Part shown: positions 39,734 to 49,419 of the stretch, piece by piece
Position numbering within the stretch: the first letter of the stretch is position 1
How the letters are laid out: each line of letters begins with the position of its first letter
Assembly: GCA_044226625.1 (NCBI GenBank)
Contig: JBGAGQ010000005.1
Coordinates: 64,001-128,000 of the forward strand
Direction of reading: 5' to 3'
Origin: Thermoanaerobaculia bacterium
Lineage (GTDB): Bacteria; Acidobacteriota; Thermoanaerobaculia; Multivoradales; UBA5704
DNA length: 64,000 bases
Notes under the pieces: generated by a model
Database searches by the model: none
Seen by the model: the letters and a program-made list of their open reading frames with translations, nothing else
Told to the model about the DNA's origin: nothing
Program-made: the position numbers and the translations under genes

Positions 39734-41006
39734 ATGAAAAGGGGGAGATGGGCGCTCGTCGGCCTCGCGGCTCTCGCCGCCGTGGCCGGGCACGTCGGCT
39801 ACTGGTATTGGCCGCGCGAGCGGGCGAAGACGCCGGACGGAATGGACGTCCCCGCCCGCATGCTCCGCTCCGGCGCGTGGGACGCCTGCCTGTGGATCCC
39901 CTACCCGCATCAGAACCTCGGCGCGCTCGCCGAGGAGTTGGACGACGCGCAAAGCTATTTCGCGGCGGTCGCCCGCCTTTCGGGCTCAGCCGAGCCGTCG
40001 ATGCCGGCGTTCGGCCCTTTCGCCGTCCCGCCGGCTCGGGAGCTGGTCGCCTGTTCCGACCGGTCGAAGAAGCGGATGCGGATCTCCGCACGGGTCTATC
40101 CGGGGCTCTCGACGGTCGCGAAGCTCGCCGGCAAGGTCGCGGGCAACCCGTGGCTCGCGGGCGGCGCGGTCGAGGTCTCGGAGAATCCGGGCGGGCAACC
40201 CGTGGCTCGCGGGCGGCGCGGTCGAGGTCTCGGAGAATCCGGCGACGGTCGCGTGGGACGGCACGCTCTGGACCGTCGAAGTGGGCGAGCCGACGGAGAT
40301 TCCGAGCGAGGGCTGGGCTCCGGAGGCTCCGGTCCTGGGCGCGTTTCATCTGGCGCGCCCCGCGGAGAGCTTCCCGGCCGGGATCTATCGGCTCGGGCAC
40401 CGCGCCGACGCGATCGACCTCACCCTGGAAGGCTCGCGCTTCCCGGACAAGCCGCCTTTCGATCCCGCCTCGCTCTCCGATCGGCCGATCCTGCTGGTCG
40501 TCGCGGGCGAGGAGGGACCGGCCCCGGCGGCAGCGCTCGCGTTCTACGAAGGCAAGGGCTCTCTCGGCCTGCCGAGCGGAGTGTTGTTCCACCCGCCGAA
40601 GCGGGCGCGTTGGGATCTTCCCGGCGGGGGGATCGGCGGTCTGCTCGCGGATCGGCTGCCTCACGGCGAGAACGCGGGTTGGGAGATGGTGGCGCTCGAC
40701 GACAAGAGCCTGGAGCGCGGCGAGGCGCTCGCCCCGGCGATCTCCCGCGTCGCTTCGCCGGAAGGGGAGGACCGTCCCGGCGCGCGGGTGCGGATGGCGG
40801 TCTGGCTCGCCCCGGAACCGGCGCTCGTCGTGGTCGCGCGAATGCGCGCCGGACTCGAGAAGTTTCCTCTCGCTCTACCCAGGGACGTCCAGCCCTGGCG
40901 CGATTGGGAGACGGTGCTCACCCCCGTCGCCCGGTGCCAGCGAGCGGCGCTCTGGTCGGCCGCCGAGCCCGAGGCGTTCCGCGTTCGACTGTCCGGTTGC
41001 TCTTGA
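39734..41006 (+). pseudogene. Membrane-anchored hypothetical protein frameshifted by a 52-bp tandem duplication
   Basis: Removing one copy of the 40139-40242 duplication fuses the ORF starting at 39734 with ORF 40281-41006 into one 406-aa frame. Confidence 0.75.
40139..40242. repeat. Perfect 52-bp direct tandem duplication
   Basis: GCGGGCAACCCGTGGCTCGCGGGCGGCGCGGTCGAGGTCTCGGAGAATCCGG occurs at 40139-40190 and again at 40191-40242. Confidence 0.95.
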
Positions 41007-41072
41007 CCGAGTCGGCTGCGGCCGTTCCGGTTTAAAATCGGCTCTCCAAAACCGAGCAGCTCGAGCCACTTC

Positions 41073-44063
41073 ATGCGCCGCCGCGCCGTTTCGCGCCTTT
41101 CGTCGATTCTCGTCGCCGGCACCCTGCTCGCGGGCGGGATCGTCCTGCCTCGCCCGGCCGGAGCGGCCCTTCCGGTCGCCGCCCGCGGTTTCCCTCTGAT
41201 CCGCGAAATCGTCCCGGCGATTCCCGAGGCCGAGGTGCAGAACTTCGGCATCGCGACGGATCGCCGAGGCCTCGTCTACGTCGCGAACCTCGGGGGGCTG
41301 CTGATCTACGACGGCGCCTGGTGGCGCTGCATCCCGATCGGCAAGGCGACCGCGGCGTTTTCCGTCGCGACCGACGCCTCGGGGCGCGTGGCGGTCGGCG
41401 GTATCGACGACCTTGGTTACATCGAGACGAGCGCGGCGGGTGTGCCTCGCTTCGTCTCGTTGCTGGACCTTTTGCCCAAGGACCAGCGGCAGGTCGGGCA
41501 GGTCGGAGCCACGTTCGCCTCGCCGAGAGGGTTCCTCTTCTTCACCGCGGACGCCGTGCTCGAGTGGGACGGAGACAAGCTGCAGACTCTCGCCCGCCCC
41601 GCGGAAGGCCCCCCGTACCCCTCGCTCTACGAGATCGGCGGCGAGTTCTACCTGGCCGACAAGAACGGAGTCGCCAAGCGGGTCGGAGATCGATTCGAGC
41701 CGCTCTCGTGGGGAGCCCAGTTCGCGGGCAAGCGGGTCGATCAGATCCTGCCGGCTCAGAACGCCTTCCTCGTGTCGGTCCGCGGCGAAGGTCTATTCCT
41801 GGTCAACCCGATCGACGGCGTCGCCACGCCCTTCGCGCCGGAGGCGTCGGCCTGGACCTCGGCCAACCGGCTGCTCGCCGGCACCTCGTGCCGCCTGCCG
41901 GACGGGCGTTGGGCGCTCGGATCGATCCTCGGCGGTCTGCTGCTGCTGCGCGCCGACGGCGTCGTCGATCAGGTCATCGACACGCGTTTGGGCCTTCCCG
42001 ACAACTACGTGAGCGGCCTCGCGGCGGACACCGAGGGGGGGCTTTGGCTGGCGCTCAACACCGGGATGGTGCGGGTGGAAATCGGCTCGCCGATCTCCAC
42101 CGTCGACCGTCGCTCGGGTCTGGACGGCAGCATCTATGCCGTGGAACGGCACCGCGGAAAGCTTTGGGTGGCCACCCCGTCCGGAGTGTTCGCCGAGCAG
42201 GCCGAACCACCGAAGAATGGGTTGATCGAGTTTCGCAAGGTGGCTGGATTGCCGTCGGCCGGCTGGAGCTTCGTCTCGGTCGAAGGGGGATTGCTGGTCG
42301 GCACGGCGTTCGGCATCTATTCCGTTCCCGACGTAGGGGTGCCTCGGCTGATCCCGGGCTCCGATGCCGTGGGCACCGCGTACGAGCTGGTCCGCTCGGC
42401 CGACTCGAGGCGGGTCTGGGTGGGCGGAGACGAGGGCCTCTCCAGCCTCTGGCTCGAACCCGACGGGTGGCGGTATCTGCCGCACGCGAGCGGGCCGGGG
42501 GGGGAGGTCCGCTCCATCGTAGAGAGCGGCGACGTGGTTTGGTTCTCGGTACCCCTCGAAGGGGTCTTCGGCCTTCGGATCGGCTCCCCGGGCCAACCCT
42601 CGGCGCTCCTTCGAGTGCCGGACAGCGCCGAGACGAACCTCTATCGGATCGCGGGTCGAGTCGCCGCGGTGCGCGACGACCGTGTCTTATGTCTCGACGA
42701 GACTCGCGCACGGCTGGTCGAGGATTCCGCGTTCGCTCCGTTGGCTGTAGCGGGCACCTTCTCGGTTCTGGCGCAGGATGCGGCGGGCAACGTTTGGCGC
42801 AACAGCCGCCCTCCGGCGGTGTTCTTGCGCCAGGGAGCGGGCTGGTCGGCGACCCCTCGATCTCTGGTCGAGGTTCCGGCGCGATCCGTCGAGCGGATCT
42901 ACCCCGATGCCGACGGATCGGTCTGGCTGGCGGCCGAAAACGGGCTCTACCGGGTCGACTCGCCGCTCCCTCCTGCTCCGCCGCTCCCCGCGCCCCGGTT
43001 CGCGCGCGTGAGCACCGGACGCGGCGACTACCTGTTCGGCGGGACCGCCGCGCGGACCGGGATCGAGCTGCCGAATCGGTTCACCCGGCTCCAGGTGGAG
43101 CTCGCCCCCTTGTCGTTTCGCGCCGGGCTGCGTTTCTCGACCCGGCTCGACCCGATCGACCTCGACTGGGGGGAGGCGCGTATCGATCCGCGCGTCGAGC
43201 TCACCCGGTTGCCCGCCGGCAGCTACACCTTGAGAGCCCGCACCCTCGGGCCGAACGGGGAGCAGAGCCCGGAGGTCGCCTGGGCGTTCCGCGTTCTGCC
43301 CGCCTGGTACGAAACGCCTTGGGCGCTGACGCTGTGGGGAATCCTCGCGTTGATCGGCATCCGCACCTGGGCGAGCCTGCGCAGCCGGGCGCTGCGCCAA
43401 CGAGCGGCGCAGCTCGAGCAGAGGGTGCAGGAACAGACGGCCGAGCTGCGCCAGGCGGTCGCCGATCTCGAGCGGACACAGGACGACCTCGAAGCGGCGA
43501 ACGTGCGCCTGGAGGAGCTGTCGCTCCAGGACGAGCTGACCGGCATCGCCAACCGGCGTCGCCTGCAGATGCTGCTCGACGCCGAGTGGCATCGCGCGCG
43601 GCGGCAGCGCCAGCCGATCGCGTTCATCCTCCTCGATCTCGATCATTTCAAGCTATTGAACGACACGCGCGGGCATCTGGAAGGCGACTTCTGCCTCCAG
43701 TCCGTCGCGGCGTTCCTGAGCCAGGCGGTCCAGCGGACCGGCGATCTGGTCGCCCGCTACGGCGGCGAGGAGTTCGCGGTTCTCCTGCCGGCGACCGATC
43801 TACCCGGAGCGCTCAAGGTGGCCGAAAGGCTGCGCGAGGGACTCGAGCTGCTCGGTCTGCCACACGACGCCGTGCCGGGAGGGCACGTCACCGCGAGCTT
43901 CGGGGTGGCGGCGTTGGTTCCCTTGCTCGGCCAAGAGCCGGAGGACCTTATCGAGGCGGCAGACGCCGCGCTCTACCGCGCGAAGTCCGACGGGCGCAAC
44001 CTCGTGCGGGCTGGCGGACCGGAAGGGGAGACCGGCGAGGTGGACGCCGGGCTGGCGAACTAG
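41073..44063 (+). CDS. Diguanylate cyclase with periplasmic beta-propeller/Y_Y_Y sensor
   Basis: Signal peptide, propeller repeats (D..G.VW), LPAGSYTLRAR, TM, coiled coil, DELTGIANRR, DLDHFK and ARYGGEEF with an RxxD I-site (RTGD). Confidence 0.9.
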   Translation: MRRRAVSRLSSILVAGTLLAGGIVLPRPAGAALPVAARGFPLIREIVPAIPEAEVQNFGIATDRRGLVYVANLGGLLIYDGAWWRCIPIGKATAAFSVATDASGRVAVGGIDDLGYIETSAAGVPRFVSLLDLLPKDQRQVGQVGATFASPRGFLFFTADAVLEWDGDKLQTLARPAEGPPYPSLYEIGGEFYLADKNGVAKRVGDRFEPLSWGAQFAGKRVDQILPAQNAFLVSVRGEGLFLVNPIDGVATPFAPEASAWTSANRLLAGTSCRLPDGRWALGSILGGLLLLRADGVVDQVIDTRLGLPDNYVSGLAADTEGGLWLALNTGMVRVEIGSPISTVDRRSGLDGSIYAVERHRGKLWVATPSGVFAEQAEPPKNGLIEFRKVAGLPSAGWSFVSVEGGLLVGTAFGIYSVPDVGVPRLIPGSDAVGTAYELVRSADSRRVWVGGDEGLSSLWLEPDGWRYLPHASGPGGEVRSIVESGDVVWFSVPLEGVFGLRIGSPGQPSALLRVPDSAETNLYRIAGRVAAVRDDRVLCLDETRARLVEDSAFAPLAVAGTFSVLAQDAAGNVWRNSRPPAVFLRQGAGWSATPRSLVEVPARSVERIYPDADGSVWLAAENGLYRVDSPLPPAPPLPAPRFARVSTGRGDYLFGGTAARTGIELPNRFTRLQVELAPLSFRAGLRFSTRLDPIDLDWGEARIDPRVELTRLPAGSYTLRARTLGPNGEQSPEVAWAFRVLPAWYETPWALTLWGILALIGIRTWASLRSRALRQRAAQLEQRVQEQTAELRQAVADLERTQDDLEAANVRLEELSLQDELTGIANRRRLQMLLDAEWHRARRQRQPIAFILLDLDHFKLLNDTRGHLEGDFCLQSVAAFLSQAVQRTGDLVARYGGEEFAVLLPATDLPGALKVAERLREGLELLGLPHDAVPGGHVTASFGVAALVPLLGQEPEDLIEAADAALYRAKSDGRNLVRAGGPEGETGEVDAGLAN

Positions 44064-44142
44064 GGGTGCGGTCGGCGTCGCAGAGTCCCGAGGGCGCCCC
44101 CGAGTCTGTTTGTCGGAACGAAGGGGGTTGCTCAGCAGCCGG

Positions 44143-45042
44143 CTAGGCGACCACCGCGACGCGCCCGGAGCGACCGGGGATCTCGCCCAGCGAGACCTCT
44201 CGCGCCTGGGCTCGTTCGCGCGTCTCGGCCGCGTACTCTGCCGCTGTGAGGTGCTCGATCCCGAGCGCGCGGTGACGCTCGAGCAGTGCGCGGAACAGCG
44301 AGCGATAAGCCAGACCCTCGGTCTCGGCGTGGACCGTGAGGACTTCCGTCTCTCCCGGGCGATAGCGGGCGACCAGCCGGTCGACGTAGTTCTCCGGCGT
44401 GATGCCGTCGCGGCCGAGGTCTTCGTCGAGGGTCGGAAGCGTGGTCGGCAGGTCGAGCAGGTCGAGGACCCGCTCGCGGACGCAGGGAAAAAACGGCGGT
44501 GCCGCGCCGCGCGAGACCGAGACGTACTCGAAACCCTGCCGGGCGAGCACTTCCCAGCCGTCGTCGGTCATGTACCAGGCGGGTGCCGCAAACCCGCGGG
44601 GTTCGGCGCCGAAGATCGTCGCGAACTCCTGCCTCCCGCGCGCGAGCGTCTCTTCGATCCGCCGCCGGTCGAGACGATGGAGCTTGTCTTGCCAGAGCAC
44701 GTGATCCCAGGCGTGAAGGCCGACCTCGTGGCCGAGGTCGCGCGCCTGGCGGAGGGTCGCCGCGCAGCTGCGGCCGATTTTCGGCGCCGGAAGAAGCGTG
44801 CCGTAGAGCGCCGTCTTCCAGCCGTACATCTTTGCCGCGTTGGTGCGCAGCATCTTGCCCAGGAAGCCGGGCTTGGTGAACACCCGGAAGATCGCCCGGC
44901 CCGAGCGGTCGGGACCGAGCGTCCAATAGAAGCTCGCGCGCACTCCCGCTCGGCTCAGGTCTTCGAGCATCGCCGGCAACCCCTCCCGCGTGCCGCGGTA
45001 GGTGTCGACGTCGATCTTCAGGACGACCCGGGTCGGCTTCAT
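44143..45042 (-). CDS. arnD: ArnD-like deformylase (polysaccharide deacetylase fold)
   Basis: LKIDVDTYRGTREG, GPDRSGR, LYGTLLPAP, EVGLHAWDH, PTTLPTLDE and TVHAETEG. Confidence 0.85.
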   Translation of the reverse strand: MKPTRVVLKIDVDTYRGTREGLPAMLEDLSRAGVRASFYWTLGPDRSGRAIFRVFTKPGFLGKMLRTNAAKMYGWKTALYGTLLPAPKIGRSCAATLRQARDLGHEVGLHAWDHVLWQDKLHRLDRRRIEETLARGRQEFATIFGAEPRGFAAPAWYMTDDGWEVLARQGFEYVSVSRGAAPPFFPCVRERVLDLLDLPTTLPTLDEDLGRDGITPENYVDRLVARYRPGETEVLTVHAETEGLAYRSLFRALLERHRALGIEHLTAAEYAAETRERAQAREVSLGEIPGRSGRVAVVA

Positions 45043-45049
45043 ACGTGCG

Positions 45050-46027
45050 CTAGCGCCGCAGCTTTCCTTCCTCGTCGGCCCGGAACCACTCGATCGTCTG
45101 ACGCAGCCCCTCTTCGAGCGGCGTGGCCGGATCGACGCCGAGGATCTCCCGCATCCGCGTGATGTCGGGATACCGGCGCGGGATGTCTTCGTAGCTCTCG
45201 CCGTAGATTTCCTGCTGCTGGACGAACGTGATCTTCGAGCCGGTGTCCGGGTAGGCGCGGATCATCGCCTCGGCGAGCTCGAGGATCGTCGTCTCCCGGT
45301 CGGTACCGATGTTGAAGATCCCACCCAGCGCCTCCTCTTTTTCGCCCGCCGCGGCGAGCGCCCGGACCGCGTCGCCGACGTAGGTGAACGCCCGCGTCTG
45401 TTTGCCGTCGCCGATCACGGTGAGCGGCTCGCCGCGCAGGAGCTGCCCCATGAAGATCGTGATCACGCGGCCGACGTCGATCCGATCCAGGCGTGGTCCG
45501 TACGCGTTGAAGAACCGGACGATGACGATCGGCAGCCCGAGCTTGCCGTAGGCGAAGCAGAAGTGCTCGCCCACCGCCTTCGAGGTCGAATAGCACCACC
45601 GGTCGATCGAGGTGGGACCGAGCAGCCGGTCGCCGTACTCACGGAACGGGGTGTCCTTCGACTTGCCGTACACCTCGGAGGTCGAGGAGAAGATCACCTT
45701 CTTGTCGTACCGGTAGGCGAGCTTCGCCACCTCCTGGGTGCCGTTCACGTTGACGTTCAGGACGTGCAGGGGATCCTCGACGTAGTGCTCGACGCCGACC
45801 ACCGCGCCCAGGTGGAACACCTTGTCGCACTTGGCGATCAGGCTCTCGAGCAGGTCGTGGTCGAGGATGGAACCCTTGATGAACTGGAACTTCGGGTTGC
45901 CGAGGTTGTGGCGGATCTTCAAGTCGGAGGAGGTGTCGAGCGCGACGACCTCGTGCCCTTGGGAGAGCAGAAGGTCACCGAGGTGGGAGCCCAGGAAGCC
46001 GGCTCCCCCGGTGATCAGAATTTTCAT
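45050..46027 (-). CDS. NAD-dependent UDP-sugar dehydrogenase/decarboxylase (stand-alone ArnA C-domain-like)
   Basis: [24 protein letters not shown] (YxxxK) and [11 protein letters not shown], in arn context. Confidence 0.8.
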   Translation of the reverse strand: MKILITGGAGFLGSHLGDLLLSQGHEVVALDTSSDLKIRHNLGNPKFQFIKGSILDHDLLESLIAKCDKVFHLGAVVGVEHYVEDPLHVLNVNVNGTQEVAKLAYRYDKKVIFSSTSEVYGKSKDTPFREYGDRLLGPTSIDRWCYSTSKAVGEHFCFAYGKLGLPIVIVRFFNAYGPRLDRIDVGRVITIFMGQLLRGEPLTVIGDGKQTRAFTYVGDAVRALAAAGEKEEALGGIFNIGTDRETTILELAEAMIRAYPDTGSKITFVQQQEIYGESYEDIPRRYPDITRMREILGVDPATPLEEGLRQTIEWFRADEEGKLRR

Positions 46028-46076
46028 GGCGTGCTCTTTCTAGCGGTACGTGTCTTGGATCGAAGTCGAACGAAGC

Positions 46077-46982
46077 CTACGAGGTCGAGGTTTGAGCGAG
46101 GGCCTCGGCGAGCCCCTCCGCCTGGTCGATCCGGAACCAGCGGTCGGCCGTGGCGATCCGGATTCTCTCACCGATCCGGTCCACCGTGCCGGGCGCCGGG
46201 CGTTCGCCCTCCAGAGAGGCTGAGATCTCCTCCTCGGGCTCGCCCGCAAAGACCTCCACCCGGCGGTCGCCGATCGTGCCGAACGCGCCGGGCCAGGGGG
46301 GCGCCACGGCGCGCACGAGGCAATCGATGCGCGCGGCCGGCCACGACCAGTCAATCCGCCCGTCTTCCGGCCGGCGTCGACCGACCTTCGACGCCTTCGA
46401 CTCGTCCTGGACGATCCGCGGCGCGGTGCCGTCGGCCACCTGGGGGAGCGCTTCGGCGAGCAGCTCGACGCCCGCCTGCTCGATCTCCAGGTAGAGCGAG
46501 AGGGCTGTCGCGCGGGAGGCGATCGGTACCCGACGCTGGGCGACGACGTCGCCCGCGTCCGCTCGGCGAACCATGTGATGAAGGGTGATGCCCGTTTCCC
46601 GTTCGCCGTTCACCAAGACCCAGTTGATCGGTGCCCGACCGCGATAGGCCGGGAGCAGCGACGGGTGGAGGTTGAGCGCCGCGATTTTCGCTGCGCCCAG
46701 CACCGATTCGGGAAGCATGGAGCGATAGAAGACCGAGAGGATCAGGTCGGGGGCCAGCTCCGCGGCGAGCGAGGCGATTGCCGGGCCCGCTTCGGGGAAG
46801 TCCTCCGAATAGACGATCGGCAGCCCATGGGCCGCCGCGGATTCGGCGGGGGTCTTGTACCAGCGGTTCTCGTGCGGATCGTCGCGATGGGTCACCACGG
46901 CGAGCACCTCGTCGCCGCGCTCGACCAGAAGCTCGACCGTGCGGTAGCCGATCTGGCTATAGCCGAAAAACAGAACTCTCAT
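46077..46982 (-). CDS. Formyltransferase (stand-alone ArnA N-domain-like)
   Basis: THRDDPHE..W, NLHPSLLPAYRGRAPINWVLVNGE, ADAGD and RRPEDG.IDW. Confidence 0.85.
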   Translation of the reverse strand: MRVLFFGYSQIGYRTVELLVERGDEVLAVVTHRDDPHENRWYKTPAESAAAHGLPIVYSEDFPEAGPAIASLAAELAPDLILSVFYRSMLPESVLGAAKIAALNLHPSLLPAYRGRAPINWVLVNGERETGITLHHMVRRADAGDVVAQRRVPIASRATALSLYLEIEQAGVELLAEALPQVADGTAPRIVQDESKASKVGRRRPEDGRIDWSWPAARIDCLVRAVAPPWPGAFGTIGDRRVEVFAGEPEEEISASLEGERPAPGTVDRIGERIRIATADRWFRIDQAEGLAEALAQTSTS

Positions 46983-48004
46983 GCTTTTCCCCCCTCTCCC
47001 TCTGGGAGAGGGGCCGGGGGTGAGGCCTGAGGTCGACCGGCCGAGGGCGAGGGCTGGGAGAAATTCAGGGTCTCCGCGACGACGCTTCGCGGCCGTTGGC
47101 GGACCTCGACGTAGATCCGCCCGACGTATTCGCCGAGGATGCCGACCGCGAGGAACAGGAGGCCCACGAGGAGGAAGAGGATCGCGAACAGCGTGAACAG
47201 CCCCTCGGCCTCCGGCCCTTCGATCAGCCGGCGGATTCCGAGGAACAGGCCGAAGCCCGACGAGAAGATCGCGATCACCAGACCGGTCCAGGTCGCGAAC
47301 TTGAGAGGCAGCGACGAGAACCCGGTGATCAGATCCGCCTGGAGCTTGAACAGCTTCCAGAGGGAGTATTTCGAATCGCCGACGGCCCGTTCGGCGTGTC
47401 CCACCGGCACTTCGGCGATTCGGCGAGCGAACTGGCAGGCGAGCGCCGGAACGAACGAGGATCGCTCCTGGCAGCGCCCCATGGCGTCGACCACCGGGCG
47501 GGTGTAGGCGCGCAGCATGCAGCCGTAGTCGCGAAAATCGACGCCCGGCATCACCCGCCGCATCATCCGGTTGATCTGGCGCGAGGCGAAGCGGCGGAAG
47601 AAGGAGTCCTTCCGTTCGACCCGATAGCCGCCCACGACGTCGAATCCCTCTTCGGCTTTCGCGAGCAGCTTCGGGATGTCCTCGGGCGGGTTCTGGAGAT
47701 CGGCGTCGAGTGTCACCACCGTCTCGCCGCGCGAAGCCTCGAGCCCTGCGAGCACCGCGGCGTGCTGGCCGTAGTTCCGGTTGAACGAGATCACCTTGAC
47801 GCGCCGGTCCTCGGCCGCGATCTCGCGCAGGATCGGCAGCGAACGGTCCGCGCTCCCGTCGTCGACGAGGATCGCCTCGACCTCCTCCCCGGCCGATTCT
47901 CGGGCCTCCGCTTCGACGGCGTCGAGCACGGGGCGGAGGCGAGCGTACAGCTGGTGGAGGTTCCCCTCCTCGTTGTAGACCGGGATGACGACCGAAAGCC
48001 GCAT
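46979..48004 (-). CDS. arnC: Undecaprenyl-phosphate Ara4FN transferase-like GT2
   Basis: SVVIPVYNEE, NYGQHAA, DADLQNPPEDIP, DYGCMLRAY and two C-terminal TM segments. Confidence 0.85.
   Translation of the reverse strand: MRLSVVIPVYNEEGNLHQLYARLRPVLDAVEAEARESAGEEVEAILVDDGSADRSLPILREIAAEDRRVKVISFNRNYGQHAAVLAGLEASRGETVVTLDADLQNPPEDIPKLLAKAEEGFDVVGGYRVERKDSFFRRFASRQINRMMRRVMPGVDFRDYGCMLRAYTRPVVDAMGRCQERSSFVPALACQFARRIAEVPVGHAERAVGDSKYSLWKLFKLQADLITGFSSLPLKFATWTGLVIAIFSSGFGLFLGIRRLIEGPEAEGLFTLFAILFLLVGLLFLAVGILGEYVGRIYVEVRQRPRSVVAETLNFSQPSPSAGRPQASPPAPLPEGEGGKA
46989..47025. repeat. REP-like palindromic element within the arnC 3' end
   Basis: CCCCTCTCCC-TCT-GGGAGAGGGG hairpin followed by CCGGGGGTGAGG. 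Confidence 0.6.
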
Positions 48005-48087
48005 GGACTGGATCCGCTGTTCGTTCGCTCGTGGAGCCTTGGACGATCCTAGGGGGGAACCGATCCCTCTCGGGCTCGCACGCTCTC

Positions 48088-49284
48088 TTACGCCTCGGTG
48101 CGCTCCACCGCGTCGCGCACCGCGGCGACTACGTCGGCCGCGTCCTCGTCCGTCATGGTCGGGAAGAGCGGGAGCGAGACGATCCGCGAGCAAACCTCTT
48201 CGGCCACGGGGAAGCGCCCCTCGGTATAGCCGAACTTTTCGCGGTAGTAGGAGTGGAGATGGACCGCCTCGAAATGGAGGCCGGTGCCGATCCCCAGTTC
48301 TTTCAACCGCCCCATGAACGACGCGCGCTCCGGGGCGAGCACCGTGAACAGGTGCCACGGGTGGACGTGGGCATACGGGGCGGTCCCCGGGAGCCCCAAC
48401 CCGGGAAGGCCCGAAAGCTCTTTCCGGTAGATCGCCGCGATCTCCGCGCGCCGGGCGTTGAAGCGAGGGAGCTTCCGCAGCTGATGGAGGCCGACCGCGG
48501 AGTGCAGGTCGGTCAAGTTGTACTTGAATCCGGGGAGCACCACGTCGTAAGTGGCCGGCGCCTTTTCCGTCGCCGAATACGCCTTCCAGGCGTCGCGCCG
48601 CACACCGTGGAAACGCCAGAGCTTGATCCGATCCGCGAGCTCTGCGTCGTCGGTGGTGATCATCCCACCCTCTGCAGAGGTCATGTTCTTGATTGGATGG
48701 AAGGAGAAGCAGGCGGCGGTCGTCTTGAGCCTCGCCGTCGCGCCGATCGGCGTTCCCTTGTATTCCGTCCCCGCCGCGTGGGCGGCATCCTCGATGATCG
48801 CGACGTCCTCGCGCCCCGCCGCCGAAAGCACCGCCCGGATCGCGTCCAGGTCGGCCGGCTGGCCGCCGAAGTGAACCGGAACGACCGCCTTCGTGCGGGG
48901 CGAGAGCGCCGCCGCGAAAGACTCCGGATCGAGATTCCAGGTCGAGCGGTCGACGTCGGCGAAGACCGGAGTCGCGCCGCAAGCGATCACCATGTTCGAC
49001 GTCGCGGGCCAGGTCAGGGCGGGAACGACCACCTCATCACCCGGGCCGTATCCAAGCGCCAGGAAGATGACGTGGAGCGCGCCCGTACAGGAGGAAAAAG
49101 CGAGCGCGTGCTCGGCCCCTACGGAGGCCGCGAATTCCTTCTCGAGCGTCGCGGTGATCGGACCGGTCGTGATCCATCCCGACATTAGACAGCGGACGAC
49201 CTCTTCGATCTCCTCGTCGCCGATGTCGGGGCGGGAAAAGGGGAGGGGCGGGTTCTTCGGCAGCACCGGCGGAGCGTAGTGCAT
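48088..49284 (-). CDS. arnB: DegT/ArnB family PLP-dependent sugar aminotransferase
   Basis: LPFSRP, SGWITTGP, EDAAHA, FSFHPIKNMTSAEGG and GTGLHF. Confidence 0.88.
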   Translation of the reverse strand: MHYAPPVLPKNPPLPFSRPDIGDEEIEEVVRCLMSGWITTGPITATLEKEFAASVGAEHALAFSSCTGALHVIFLALGYGPGDEVVVPALTWPATSNMVIACGATPVFADVDRSTWNLDPESFAAALSPRTKAVVPVHFGGQPADLDAIRAVLSAAGREDVAIIEDAAHAAGTEYKGTPIGATARLKTTAACFSFHPIKNMTSAEGGMITTDDAELADRIKLWRFHGVRRDAWKAYSATEKAPATYDVVLPGFKYNLTDLHSAVGLHQLRKLPRFNARRAEIAAIYRKELSGLPGLGLPGTAPYAHVHPWHLFTVLAPERASFMGRLKELGIGTGLHFEAVHLHSYYREKFGYTEGRFPVAEEVCSRIVSLPLFPTMTDEDAADVVAAVRDAVERTEA

Positions 49285-49419
49285 TCGCGGGTGGCCCGCA
49301 AACTCCGGAGGAGGGGTTTAGGTGCTCGCCAGGCCCCCGGCGCTTCCGGTCCTCGCCCCTACGACCGGTTCGGCCGCGACCTCCTCCGTCGTCGGGTTCG
49401 CGGTGCGATACTTCCGCCC

